Below, piece after piece: positions 38,481 through 50,190 of a stretch of DNA of 64,000 bases. The notes beneath the pieces are model-generated. The model was not told the origin of the DNA. It searched no databases and saw only the letters and a program-made list of their open reading frames with translations. Position 1 is the stretch's first letter, and each line of letters starts with the position of its first letter. The stretch comes from the human T2T-CHM13v2.0 reference genome, Homo sapiens. The stretch spans positions 43,296,001 to 43,360,000 of the forward strand of contig CP068257.2 of NCBI GenBank assembly GCA_009914755.4, read 5' to 3'. The translations under genes were made by a program, and so were the position numbers.

Positions 38481-41395
38481 GAGCCCCGCCCGTGCCTCTA
38501 GTCCCCTCCACGCTGCTCCGCTGGCTCCTGCCTGTCTGCTCCAGGGGGGCTTTTCAGTGCAGTCAGGTCCTGTGGCCCTGGGTCAAGTCCCGCCTCCCAG
38601 GAAGGCTTCCAAGGGGAGTCATGGATCTAAAATGATGGGTGGACGCAGCCCCATCTCCGCCCCTCCCCTCCGCTGGCTGGTTGAAATCTGGATGATACGT
38701 TTGGTTCTGTGACTGGGCACTGCGGCCCCCAGTTAGCAGGGCTAGGACACTGATTTGCAGAAATTTGTACTCAGTTGTCCTCTTGGGTACAAAAATCTCC
38801 AGACCACGCACGCTCTCTTGCCTCTTTGCAGACTCAGCTCCAGTTTCCACTGAGAGAGCCACATTCTACGCCCTTGTAAGATGGTTTTAGTTAGCTGCTG
38901 GGATGATTTTTCCTGTGGTTTGAAATGGCTTTGCTCAGGTGTTTATCAGTGGGAGCGTTTTGTGTCAGTTCTACCAAGGCCCATTGTGCCTTTCCAGTTG
39001 AGAGTCTGAAGTCTGTTTTGTGAGTTCGATTATGCTTAGAAGCTGCTGTCTGTTTTGTGAGTACAGTTGTGTTGGGAAGCTGGTGTCGAATGGTAGCTCC
39101 AAAGATTTCTTTATTGTCTCGGCCCTTCTTCAGGGGCACCAATTATGCACTTACTGGATCTCTCTAATCTATCTGTCTTCCATCTCATGTTCTCTAATCC
39201 ATTTTTACTCTAGACACTTTGTAGGGTCTAGGTGAAGTATAGATAGTATAGTAAACTGTTTTTTTTAGTTTTTTAAAAAGTTTTTATTTTTATTTTTTAG
39301 AGACAGTTCCTTGCTCTGTGGCCCAGGCTGGAGTGCAGAGGTGTGATCAAGGCTCACTGCAGCCTCCGCCTCCTGGGCTGCAGCGATCCTCCTGCCTCGG
39401 CCTCCTGAGGAGCAGGGTCTTCCCGTAGATCTTTGTGTTTGTCCTCTTTGGTTTCTGCTTCTCTGTTTATGAACTGAGTTCTTCCCAGGCCAGTCTTGTC
39501 TGGAGACAGTTTGCGAACAGCAGAGCCCTCTCCGTGTGGCCATCGTCCTGCCTGGCCTCCCTCTCCGCCTCTCCCCAGTGCACAGCCTGGTCCGGGGAGC
39601 CCCTCCCTGCCTGGACAGGGCGACGGGTTTTCCTCTTGCAGACTGTCTGTCGCCCGCACCCCTCGGTGCCCCCATGTCCTTGCGGTCGCGGCATTTTGAA
39701 GCAGCTCAGGTTAACGGGTCTCCTGGTTTCATCAAAGATGGAGTTTGGTTTCTCGCTGCTTCTGAGAGGAGAGCAGGAGGCCCCTTCCTTGTTCACTCCG
39801 TGTTTTGGAGCCAGAGGTCTGTTCCCTTTCATGTCCATGGTGCTTTCTGGCGCCTGTGGACAGGGCTCAGGTGTTTGAGTGGCTTGGATCCTTCGATCCC
39901 AAGATCCCAGTGGGAAGCAAGAGTGTTCCCCTCCCTGGGTCATGCTCCCCTGGGGGCTTCATGTTGGGCATGAGCCTTGTAGCTCCTGGAGCTGGTGGTC
40001 CGTGCCCCAAGGCTGCTCCCCTGAGTACGAAACCAAGGAAGGGCTTTTCTCTCAGGTGGGAGGCCCCGTCTATGGGTCTCTGTTTACGGTTGTCCAGGAT
40101 GGCATCTGGAGGCCTGGCCCAGCATGGGAGCCACACAGTGCCAGGGGCACCGAACCCGTGTCCCATAGTGTCTAAACTCAGGCGCAGGCACAGGCTCCCC
40201 CTGCAGCCCCTCCCCGTGCAGCTTCGCTTCCAAGCGTCACTGTCACGGCTCCTTTCCTTCCCCAGCTCTGACCCAGGACTCTGCCCAGTGGACCACAGTG
40301 CTAAGAACCTGGCCTGGGCCTTCCCCTGGCCTCGGCTCCTCAGTTGCCCCAGGTGGGGCCTTGTTGGGTCCTGGTAGCCCCAGAGATCACTAGTAATGTC
40401 CAGGCTGTGACTGGGGCATTTCACCCTGACTTTACGGGGACAGCCCCAGCTGCCATGCTGGGGCCAGGGTGGCAGTGGCAGGAGGAGGTGGTGGTTAGTG
40501 ACCAGCAGAGCCCTGACCGCCTCCTGCTGTGGAGACGGCCCCAGCCCCACTGTCCTCTGTGGCTCTGGTGTGTGGGCACCCCGCCCAGGCGGTCGTCCAG
40601 CGGGGTGTGAAAGAGCCTTGTCAACTGCCCAGGAAACCAGGGCCAGTGTGGTCCAGCCTTGCACAAGGCTCCGTGCACACGGGGCACACAGGCCGGAGGG
40701 GTACAGGCCCCACCTCCCCGCCACCAGGCTCAGGGCCTCTTGGCAGCTGCGGCAGAGCCCGTCTGGGAGCTGCCCCCGAGGCTTCTGTGCCTGAGAGGGG
40801 ACCCAGGCCACCTTTTGTGTTCCACAGGGCAGCTCTCTGGCGTGCGGCTGGCTGCGCGGGGTTTAGAGCAGGAGCTGAGTGGCCGCCGGGCTGGGTGGCG
40901 GCTGGGGTGAGCTGGTGCCATGCTGGGTCGTCGCCGTGGCACCCATCTGGGGCTGCCGCGCCCCACTCTGCTGCAGGCCTCTGCCGGCTCAGGCTCTCGG
41001 CTCTCGGCTCTCGGCTCTCCTCTGTGTGCACCTATTTTGGTTGCCCGTGGAGGGAGCCGTCTCTCATGTAAGGAGTGAGTCTGCAGGGCTTGGGAGTTGC
41101 CGCCGCGTTTCTCAGCCTTGGCGGCAGCCCCATCAGCCCCAGACTTGCTGGCTGGGTGACACCTCAACGGCAGACCCCACAGTGGGCGCTGCCAGGGCTC
41201 TGGGATGCACGTGGCCACGAGGAGGGCCCGGGGCAGCCTCTCCCCTCCTGCCGGAAGTTTCCGAGGCCCCAGTACTCAGTCCCGTGGTGGCCCCAGGCCT
41301 CTGCCATTCATTTCGGTGTCTGACGTTTCCGGGTGTTGAGGGGCTGAGGGGTCCGGGGGTTCCTGCCTGCTGATCTGTGGTCTCCATTCTTTCAG

Positions 41396-41519
41396 CGAGG
41401 AAGAAAGGACCCGGTTTCAGGAGCTGCTGGCCAGTCCGGCCTACAGAGCCAGCCCCCTGGTGGCCATCGGGCAGACGCTGGCCCGGCAGATGCAGCTGGA
41501 AGATGGCGGCCAGCTCTGA
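41396..41519 (+). CDS. SLX9: Exon 6, terminal coding exon (…tctccattctttcag|CGAGGAAGAAAGG … CAGCTCTGA); encodes (L)EEERTRFQELLASPAYRASPLVAIGQTLARQMQLEDGGQL*
   Basis: Pyrimidine tract + CAG acceptor. The frame is completed to TGA at 41517-41519. An AATAAA lies 124 bp downstream. Confidence 0.75.
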
Positions 41520-41642
41520 CCAGGGCAGCGGGCATGCCACAACTCCTCAGGACACATGTGGGCCAAGTAGAGAGCGCCGGCCCCTCAAGGACCATGGCCT
41601 GAGCCTGGTGGACGCCCTTCCCTCTGGTCGGTTGTGGGGCTC

Positions 41643-41648
41643 AATAAA
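41643..41648 (+). terminator. SLX9: Polyadenylation signal AATAAA for the six-exon gene (predicted cleavage ~41665-41675; 3'UTR ~150 nt)
   Basis: Canonical hexamer 124 nt after the stop codon, followed by a GT/T-rich stretch (gctctgtgaacttcc). Confidence 0.55.
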
Positions 41649-43096
41649 TGGCTCTGTGAACTTCCCCTGCACTGCCAGGGCCGTTCCCATGAGCTGCTTC
41701 CCTGATTCACAGGGCTGGGCACACCCTGGGACAGCTGCCCCCACTCTCCTCAGGACAACAAGCCACATCCCTCCACTGGGGGCCCCAGCCCCCACGCAGT
41801 CAGGGTGGACCGTGCACAGGGTTTGTGGGGACTGCAGTTGTGGAGGCCCCAAGTCCGTCCCTGAGCAGGCGCTGGTGCCCACAAGATAGTCTGCTGGCTG
41901 TGTTGGGAAGGAATTGTGCCTGGGTGTGGCCCCAGCTGTGCCACCAGCCGCCCTGATTTGCTTCAGCCTCAGTTCCTGCTGCGGCCCTGGTAGGATCCAG
42001 GAGCACTGAGGCCTGCAGGGGCTGCCGTGGGGGCTGGCTCAGGGCCTTCACCACCTGGGGGTCTGTTTCCCTTCCAGTCTCCCCTGCCATCCTCAGTGAC
42101 CAGGGACACAGATGGCCCTGGCAAGGCCCCCGGCCTGCTCCTCGCCTGTTGTCTGCACCCCGTGGGCTGCACCCCCCCTACCCCACCCGTTGCCCTCACC
42201 CTACCCAGCTGCTCCACACCCAGGCAGCCCACTGCCTTGCTCTGGGGGCGGAGAGCAGAGGGTCCTTCTGCAGGGAGGAGACGCGGAGTGGGCCCAGCCC
42301 TGAAGCTCTTGCTGACCCGGAAGTGAGAGAGGTCCTCCTTTGTTGCTGGAAGCCCTGGGATTTGGGGGTTGGTTTTTGGACTGTGAATCAGTGACTGATC
42401 AGTCCTTGTTTTCAGGTTGTGGAAAGCAAGGGGGTGGTGCGTCCCCAGGCCCCTGAGGCCCAGCTTGGCTCCCCCTGCCCGAGCTCCCCCCGTCCCAGGG
42501 CCCTGCAGGGCCTCGCTGGCCCATGTCCTGCAGCGGGGCTGGGCAGGCTGGATGTGGTGGTGTACCCCACTCAGAGTGTCTGGGAAGTGCAGAGCAGGAC
42601 CACTCTCAGCTCCCAGGCGGGGGCCCAGCACCCTGAGCCTTCCCAGGCTGCCTGGGGTGGGGGTGGTCCCAGGGACTCTGGGGCCTCCTGGCTCCAGGGC
42701 ATGTGGGTGGCCCCTATGCACAGCCCCTCTTGTTGTGAGCCCCCATGGTCCGACCTCCTCTGGCCTTGCTGCCTGCTCAGGGTTCATAGCCCCAGCAGCC
42801 CCGCCAAGGATGCCTGGCGAGTGGGTGGCCGAGGCAAGTTGGAGCCTGTGTCCCTGCTGTTCAGTGTCCTGGCCCTTCCCTGACACGAGCAGACACGGCA
42901 TCCACAGAGACAGCCCGGACACCCTCCAAGGCCCCGGCCGATGGGACAGACGGGCGTACAGGAGCCATAGGCAGCAGATCCCACGCTCCCTCGGCCGGGG
43001 CCAGCTTGGCTGCCCAGCCCCAGCTCCTTAGAGAACGGGCTTCTCGCTTCAGAGGAGCTGGTCACAAACCAGTGGTCGCGACAAAACCATTCCTGT

Positions 43097-43541
43097 GGTG
43101 GAGCGCGTGTGGGGCGCGTGTGGGGCGCGTGTGGAGCGGGTGTGGGGCGCGTGTGGAACGTGTGTGGGGCGCGTGTGGGGCGGGTGTGGGGCGGGTGTGG
43201 GGCGCGTGTGGGGCGCGTGTGGGGCGGGTGTGGGGCGCGTGTGGGGCGGGTGTGGGGCGGGTGTGGGGCGCGTGTGGGGCGGGTGTGGGGCGCGTGTGGG
43301 GCGGGTGTGGGGCGCGTGTGGAACGTGTGTGGGGCGCGTGTGGGGCGGGTGTGGGGCGCGTGTGGGGCGGGTGTGGGGCGCGTGTGGGGCGGGTGTGGGG
43401 CGCGTGTGGGGCGGGTGTGGGGCACGTGTGGAACGTGTGTGGGGCGCGTGTGGGGCGGGTGTGGGGCGGGTGTGGAACGCGTGAGGGGCGCGTGTGGGGC
43501 GGGTGTGGGGCGCGTGTGGGGCGGATGTGGGGCGCGTGTTG
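43097..43541 (+). repeat. G-rich minisatellite (GTGGGGCGSGT)n, 11-bp unit x~40; the plus strand carries GGGG runs every 11 nt (canonical G-quadruplex motif)
   Basis: gtggggcgcgtgtggggcgcgtgtggagcgggtgtggggcgcgtgtggaacgtgtgtggggcgcgtgtggggcgggtgtggggcgggtgtggggcgcgtg..., continuing for about 445 bp. Confidence 0.95.
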
Positions 43542-43651
43542 GGAACAGCGTCCGGGATGCACAGAGCACAGCGCGGTGGGGAGGCGGCAGGGGCGGCTTC
43601 CACTTCCTCCAGCATCCCAATCCCACCGTCTGGGTTTCTTGTGAAAAACCT

Positions 43652-43947
43652 GGCCGGGCGCAGTGGCGCACACCTGTAGTCCCAGCACTTGGGGAGGCCA
43701 AGGCAGTCGTATCACTTGAGGCCAGGAGTTCAAGACCAGCCAACATAGTGAGACCCCATCTTGACAAAAAAATAGAAAAATTAGCCGGGTGTGGTGGTGC
43801 GTGCCTGTAGTCAGCTACTGGGGAGGCTGAGGTGGGAGGATTGCTTGAGCCTAGGAGGCCGTGGCTATAGTGAGCCAAGATTGCGCCACAGCACTCCCAC
43901 CTGGGTGACAGGGTGATCCTCTCTCTAAAAAATAAAAACGTAAAAAT
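43652..43947 (+). mobile_element. Alu SINE (forward) immediately downstream of the 11-bp G-rich minisatellite
   Basis: ggccgggcgcagtggcgcacacctgtagtcccagcacttggggaggccaaggcagtcgtatcacttgaggccaggagttcaagaccagccaacatagtgagaccccatcttgacaaaaaaatagaaaaattagccgggtgtggtggtgcgtgcctgtagtcagctactggggaggctgagg ... cacctgggtgacagggtgatcctctctctaaaaaataaaaacgtaaaaa. Confidence 0.9.
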
Positions 43948-44083
43948 GTTTTTTGCTTCCTGGTTTTGAAATGACTCTTGTCTGGTTGTGGCTCGCAGCC
44001 CCTCTTCTAGGGATCCTTGCGGGCTCAGGGGCCTCTAACTCCTCCCTGGGTAAGCAGCCCCCGGCGGTGCCTGAGAGTCGTGT

Positions 44084-44165
44084 GGAGGAGGGTGCCGCGG
44101 AAGGGAGGAGGATGCCGCGGAAGGGAGGAGGGTGCCGCGGAAGGGCGGAGGGTGCCGTGGAAGGA
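44084..44165. repeat. Minisatellite, 20-bp unit x4 (ggaggRtgccgYggaagggMgga)
   Basis: gaggagggtgccgcggaagggaggaggatgccgcggaagggaggagggtgccgcggaagggcggagggtgccgtggaagg. Confidence 0.85.
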
Positions 44166-46210
44166 CAGCGACAGGTACTTGGCCGGGCAGGAGTGGCAGC
44201 AGGTGTCCCATCGGCTGAGATGGATGCAGATTGTCCCAGGAAAGTAGCCCTTGATAGTATTTGCGGGGGTGCCACCCCAGCATTCTTTGCAGGTGCAGAG
44301 CCCAACCCTCAGCTAAGGCCGCAGCTGGGGCAGGGTCATCTTGTGACAGAAGGGCGTCCAAGTGTGGGGTTATCCGTGGCTGTCAGCTGAGCGCTCCTGG
44401 CCACCATTGAGAGGGAGGCTCCAGGCGGAGGATGGGGTGTGTGCATTCTCTGGACAGACACCTGGGGTAGAGCCCCTGAATCAGCAGATCAGAGAGGATG
44501 ACTGTAGGAGCTTCAGGAGCAGGAACATGAATCCCTCGGTAATCGATTTAAACAAGTTCTACAGTTGACTCGGCTTTCATGCCTTTTAGACCCTGGGGCC
44601 CTCGGTGCATTTTTCCGAGTTAAAGGGTTAACACAGCAGATCAAAGCTTCCTGGGGCCTGGAGGTGCCTGGCGCTGGCCTGCAGGACTCTGAGAAGCTCT
44701 GGGCTGGGACCGTGGATGCCAGGCTCAAGGCCCGCAGACCTGGGCTGGGCACGTCCCGGGTGCCTCAGCCCCAGGCCCAATGTTGGCATATGGGGGACTG
44801 TGGGGCACAATGGGAGACAGGAGAGGCAGTGGGAGGAGCCCCCCACCCTGCCAGTCCCGCAGGAAGGGCAGTGTCTGGTTGCAGGGGGTGTGGGGTGTTG
44901 GCCAAAGGAATAGCAAATGCCTGGCCCAGAGTGAAGGGCTCCTGGCTGGGATGGCCACAGGCCCTGGGGGGTCTCCCTCAGCCCCGGGCAGGCCCAGGTT
45001 CTCCTTCCAGGCGCCCGGGATCTCCTTTGTCCCTGGCTGTCCTCAGGCTGCACTTAGTGTGGCCACTCCAAGGGGGGCTGAGGAAACCACCTCTCAGCAC
45101 CTACCAGGCTTCTGTAAGGCCCACACCCAGCAGCTATTGGATCCGCCTTTCCCCAAGAAAGCCCCCGGCCCTCCCCTTCTTCTCAGGCCCCTCACTGAGT
45201 CAGCAATCCCTGTTCCCAGGAGCTGTGTGTCCGTCACCAACTGCCGTCCTGGTCCTCAAGCAAGCAGGGACCGTTCCCACTGCTCCGGGGCAGGCCCCGC
45301 ACACCCTGGCCAGCCTCGCTGGCTCCTGGAGCTGCCGTGACAAACGCACACAGTGGGGGCGTCAGGCAGCAGTGCATTGTCTGTGTCCCGGAGGCCGGTG
45401 GTCTGCACTTGGGGTGTCGAGAGCCGCCTCCCTCAGGCTGCAGGGCAGGGTCCTTCTTTGCCTGTCCGGCTGCTGGTGATTACTTGTGTTTCTGATTCCA
45501 GACGCTTCCTCCTGGTGCCACAGATGCCGGCAGCCCTTGGTTTCCTGGCTTGTGGCCACGTCACTCGCGTCGCTGTGTCTGTGACGCCCCATAAGGACAC
45601 CGGCCATGTTGGGTTAGGGCCCTCCCTGCTCCAGTGTGGCCTCATCTTGACTGGTTCCAAATATGGTCCGGCTCTGAGGTTCTGGGGGACGTGAGTTTTG
45701 GGAAATCTCCAGTCTAGGGGGTGGTCTTGGGCACCAGGGTTTTAGACGCCCCTGCCGCAGGTGGGAGGGGGCCTGCAGCTGGAGCTGAGCACCATGGGCG
45801 TGGTGGGGGCTGCGGAGGTGGTGTGGGCCTCATGGCCAGGAGTTGGGGCCTGGGCAGCCATAGGGGGCTGCTGATGGCCACGAATGGGCTGAGGCTGGGA
45901 TGTGAGGATGAGGGAAGGAAGGTGGAAGCTGTTCCAGGGCCCGTGGGGGCGTCCACGCCGGCTCCCCTTGCCCACCCGGACCTCTGGCCCCTTCTCAGGG
46001 TCTGATCTCCCAGCGCAAACAGAAGCACCCGGCCCCTGCCTTTGTCCAGCACCTTCCTGGCCTGGCCACGATGCTCCTGGACACTTTGGGCCCCGGTTTT
46101 CCTTTCTTATTTCCTCACCGGAAGGAAAGCTCCTGAGAGCAGGGTCTTTGCCCTGTGCGTGCTGTGTGAGCAGCACCGGGACTGTGCACAGATGAGTGAA
46201 TGAGAGGCAG

Positions 46211-47500
46211 GAGACAGCGGGGCCTGGATGGGCCCTGCACACAGAGCCTGCGTGTGGTGTTCAGGGGGGACAGCGGGGCCTGGACGGGGCCCTGCACACA
46301 GAGCCTGCGTGTGGTGTTCAGGGGGGACAGCGGGGCCTGGACGGGGCCCTGCACACAGAGCCTGCGTGTGGTGTTCAGGGGGGACAGCGGGGCCTGGACG
46401 GGGCCCTGCACACAGAGCCTGCGTGTGGTGTTCAGAGGGGACAGCGGGGCCTGGACGGGCCCTGCACACAGAGCCTGCGTGTGGTGTTCAGGGGGGACAG
46501 CGGGGCCTGGACGGGGCCCTGCACACAGAGCCTGCGTGTGGTGTTCAGAGGGGGACAGCGGGGCCTGGACGGGGCCCTGCACACAGAGCCTGCGTGTGGT
46601 GTTCAGGGGGGACAGCGGGGCCTGGACGGGGCCCTGCACACAGAGCCTGCGTGTGGTGTTCACGGGGGACAGCGGGGCCTGGACGGGGCCCTGCACACAG
46701 AGCCTGCGTGTGGTGTTCAGAGGGGACAGCGGGGCCTGGACGGGGCCCTGCACACAGAGCCTGCGTGTGGTGTTCAGGGGGGACAGCGGGGCCTGGACGG
46801 GGCCCTGCACACAGAGCCTGCGTGTGGTGTTCAGGGGGGACAGCGGGGCCTGGACGGGGCCCTGCACACAGAGCCTGCGTGTGGTGTTCAGAGGGGGACA
46901 GCGGGGCCTGGACGGGGCCCTGCACACAGAGCCTGCGTGTGGTGTTCAGGGGGGACAGCGGGGCCTGGACGGGGCCCTGCACACAGAGCCTGCGTGTGGT
47001 GTTCACGGGGGACAGCGGGGCCTGGACGGGGCCCTGCACACAGAGCCTGCGTGTGGTGTTCAGAGGGGACAGCGGGGCCTGGACGGGGCCCTGCACACAG
47101 AGCCTGCGTGTGGTGTTCAGGGGGGACAGCGGGGCCTGGACGGGGCCCTGCACACAGAGCCTGCGTGTGGTGTTCAGGGGGGACAGCGGGGCCTGGACGG
47201 GGCCCTGCACACAGAGCCTGCGTGTGGTGTTCACGGGGGACAGCGGGGCCTGGACGGGCCCTGCACACAGAGCCTGCGTGTGGTGTTCAGGGGGGACAGC
47301 GGGGCCTGGACGGGGCCCTGCACACAGAGCCTGCGTGTGGTGTTCAGGGGGGACAGCGGGGCCTGGACGGGGCCCTGCACACAGAGCCTGCGTGTGGTGT
47401 TCACGGGGGACAGCGGGGCCTGGACGGGGCCCTGCACACAGAGCCTGCGTGTGGTGTTCACGGGGGACAGCGGGGCCTGGACGGGGCCCTGCACACAGAG
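46211..47500. repeat. Large GC-rich minisatellite (VNTR), 57-bp unit (56-58 variants) x~22.5, ~1.29 kb (gggggacagcggggcctggacggggccctgcacacagagcctgcgtgtggtgttcag)
   Basis: Period measured from recurrent cagcgggg at 46271, 46328, 46385, 46442, 46498 ... Unit variants include acggggccc/acgggccc, ttcagggggga/ttcagagggga and ttcacggggga. All six frames are open across it (ORFs up to 515 aa on + and 270 aa on -). Confidence 0.95.
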
Positions 47501-48975
47501 CTGACTCCAGCGTCCCGATGGACCTCTCCCTGAGCTGTCCGTCTCAGCCTGCCCGTTCTACCTTCCCCTGTGGGCAAGCGTGGTGGGGTCCACCCAGATC
47601 ACCCCAGACGTGTGAGTGCGTCAGCTCCCGGCAAGGGGTGTGTTCCGTGCAGCATTGCCGTGGGAGGCGGCGGGAGCCTGTGCTGGCCCTGAGGGCTGGC
47701 TTGCATTCGGGTCCCTTGCTCCGCTGCCTGGATCGCTGGGCTCTGAGAGTGCCCCACGCGAGGGCTTTGTCTTGATGAGGCCTGCACCTGGCTTGTCCAG
47801 GCCCCACAGCGGCCTTGCACCAGCCTGAGTTTGTCCCTGAAGGTTACATCGGGTCTGTGACCTTCGTCTTGTGTGGGGAGGGAGGGCGGTGACGGGCCGC
47901 ATCGGGCAGGGGCAAGGCACAGCCGCGACCCCCAGGCTGGTGAGTCAGGGTTCTGTGCTGCTTGGAAGCCAAGTGTTGTACAAACACCGGGCGTGTTGAT
48001 TCTGGAATGTTCCCTATGTGGCGATAACGCCGGTGACGGCAGCCACTGTCGTTGCTCTGAGACGCTGGTGGGTGCTGGCTGCCGCCCAGGCCTTGTCTGC
48101 CTGCAGCCCCCGGCGGCCCCTCCAGCCTGGTGGGTTCTCAGCTGCCGCCGTGACCAGGGTTTTCCAGGGACACTGCTATCAGTGAGCGCTTCCAGGATGC
48201 CGGGGTGGCTGCCGGCGGGCGGGGAGGCAGGATGCTGGTCTTGCCTCCTTCCCCTTTGAAGTTGCCGTCTTGGGGCGTCTGTGCTAGGCCCTGGCTCCTG
48301 GCGCTGAGACCCTCATGGAAAGCTCCCTTCTTTTAAAGTCAAACAGACCCAATTAAAGTGTTTTTTCCAAAGATGTTAAAATAATGTGGGTCAGAGTGAT
48401 AATGACAGGCCTCTTCCTGGCTTGTTTCAGCCTTCCTGAAGATGAGGAAGTTTTCATTTTAAAATTTTTGGTGGGGTATTTCTCAGAGAAAACCGGTGAT
48501 GACATGTTTTCTGATTCTAAATACTTCTTCCCGGTGACACACATGCAGAGGCGCCTGGGGCCTGAGAGTCCCTGCAAGACTGTGGAGCAGAGGCCTCATC
48601 TCCTGGTGGCCGGAGCCACATAGGACAGAAGGCCCTGGAGCCCTGAGTGGGGAAACTGAGGCCCAAGAGGAGAGAGCCTCCCTCCCCAGCCAGCCAGGTG
48701 ATGGCGCTGAGATTCAGGAGCACGGAGCTTCTGACTCTCGCCTCCATGTTCAAGGTCAGCGTCCACCCCAGGCCCCGTGTTACTTGCTGAGCCTCCTGCT
48801 GTGCTCAGGTCTGTGTGAGGGGGACCGCGGTGCACACTCCAGTGTCCCGGGAGGAGCGGCCCCCAGGCGTCACGGGGCCGGAGGCAGGGGCCGCCCCTCC
48901 ACAGGGTCCGAGACAGAATCTATTTTCCATTTGAGCCTCTCCCTCCCGAACTCCAAGTTCAGGGGTGGGATTCAC

Positions 48976-50190
48976 ATACTCTCACACCCCGCTCCACACA
49001 CCCCACACTCACATCCCCTCACATACACACCCCTCCCCACACCCCACACACTCACACCCCACATACACCCCTACACACACCCTACACACACACACCCCCC
49101 ACACACACCCCACACACCCACACACCCCACACACCCCACACCCACACACCCCACACCCACACACCCCCATACACCCCCATACACCCCCATACACCCCCCC
49201 ACACACACCCCCACACACACCCACACACACCCCACATACACCCCCATACCCCCCACACACCCCTCCCCACACCCCACACACACCCCACATACACCCCACA
49301 CCCCACACACACACCCCACATATACCCCTACACACATCCTACACACACCCCACACACCCACACACACCCCCATACACCCCCACATACACCCCCACATACA
49401 CACCCCTCCCCACACCCCACACACCCCACATACACCCCTACACACACCCCACCCACACACACCCCCATATATCCCCCACACACACCTCACATACACCCCT
49501 ACACACACCCCACACACACACACACCCCCACACACACCCCACATACACCCCTACAGACACCCTACACACACACACCCCACACACACACCCCACACACCCA
49601 CACACCCCACACACCCACACACCCCACACCCACACACCCCTCCCCACACCCCACACACACCCCACACACACCCCACACACCCACACACACCCACACACCC
49701 CACATACACCCCACACCCCACACACACACCCCACATACACCCCTACACACACACCCCACACACCCACACACACCCCCATACACCCCCACATACACCCCCA
49801 CATACCCCTCCCCACACCCCACACACCCCACATACACCCCTACACACACCCCACACACACACACCCCCATATACCCCCACACACACCTCACATACACCCC
49901 TACACACACCCCACACACACACACACACACCCCACACACACCCCACACACACCTCCCACATACACCCCACATAACCCCCAAACACACCCCACACATACAT
50001 CCGACACATGCCCCCCACACTCACACCCCTCCATACACCCCGATACACACCCCCCACACTTGCACCCCTCCACTCACACATCGCACACACACTGCACACA
50101 CACACCCTCCCACACACCCCACAGTCCCACACACCCCACACACCCCTCCATACATCCCCCCCACACAGCCCCCCACACACCCCCAACACT
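48976..50190. repeat. ~1.2-kb degenerate C-rich simple repeat on the plus strand, (CCCCACACA)n / (CACAC)n / (CATACA) variants; G-rich on the minus strand
   Basis: Continuous ccacacaccccacactcacatcccctcacatacacacccctccccacaccccacacactcacaccccacatacacccctacacacaccctacacacacacaccccccacacacacc.... It creates the HTPHT-type and GVCGV-type artefact ORFs. Confidence 0.95.

Noticed and set aside
39867-40811. 314-aa minus-strand ORF and 180-190-aa plus ORFs in intron 5
   Set aside because: Open frames in 65-70% GC DNA. There are no consensus splice sites linking them to anything, and they are overlapped by equally long ORFs in other frames.
42784-43878. 364-aa minus-strand and 212-233-aa plus-strand ORFs rich in RPTRAPH / GARVGRVWGACG repeats
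   Set aside because: They span the 11-bp (GTGGGGCGSGT)n minisatellite plus the adjacent Alu. Periodic artefacts.
46196-47775. Very long ORFs (515, 445 and 434 aa on plus; 270, 229 and 126 aa on minus) that could be read as large proteins
   Set aside because: They coincide exactly with the 57-bp x 22 minisatellite. A 57-nt period is 19 codons, so every frame stays open by repetition. The translations are low-complexity reiterations, with no start context or splice logic.
48976-50190. Possible telomeric or interstitial telomere repeat
   Set aside because: The unit is CCCCACACA / CACAC-like, not CCCTAA/TTAGGG. No hexamer periodicity was seen.
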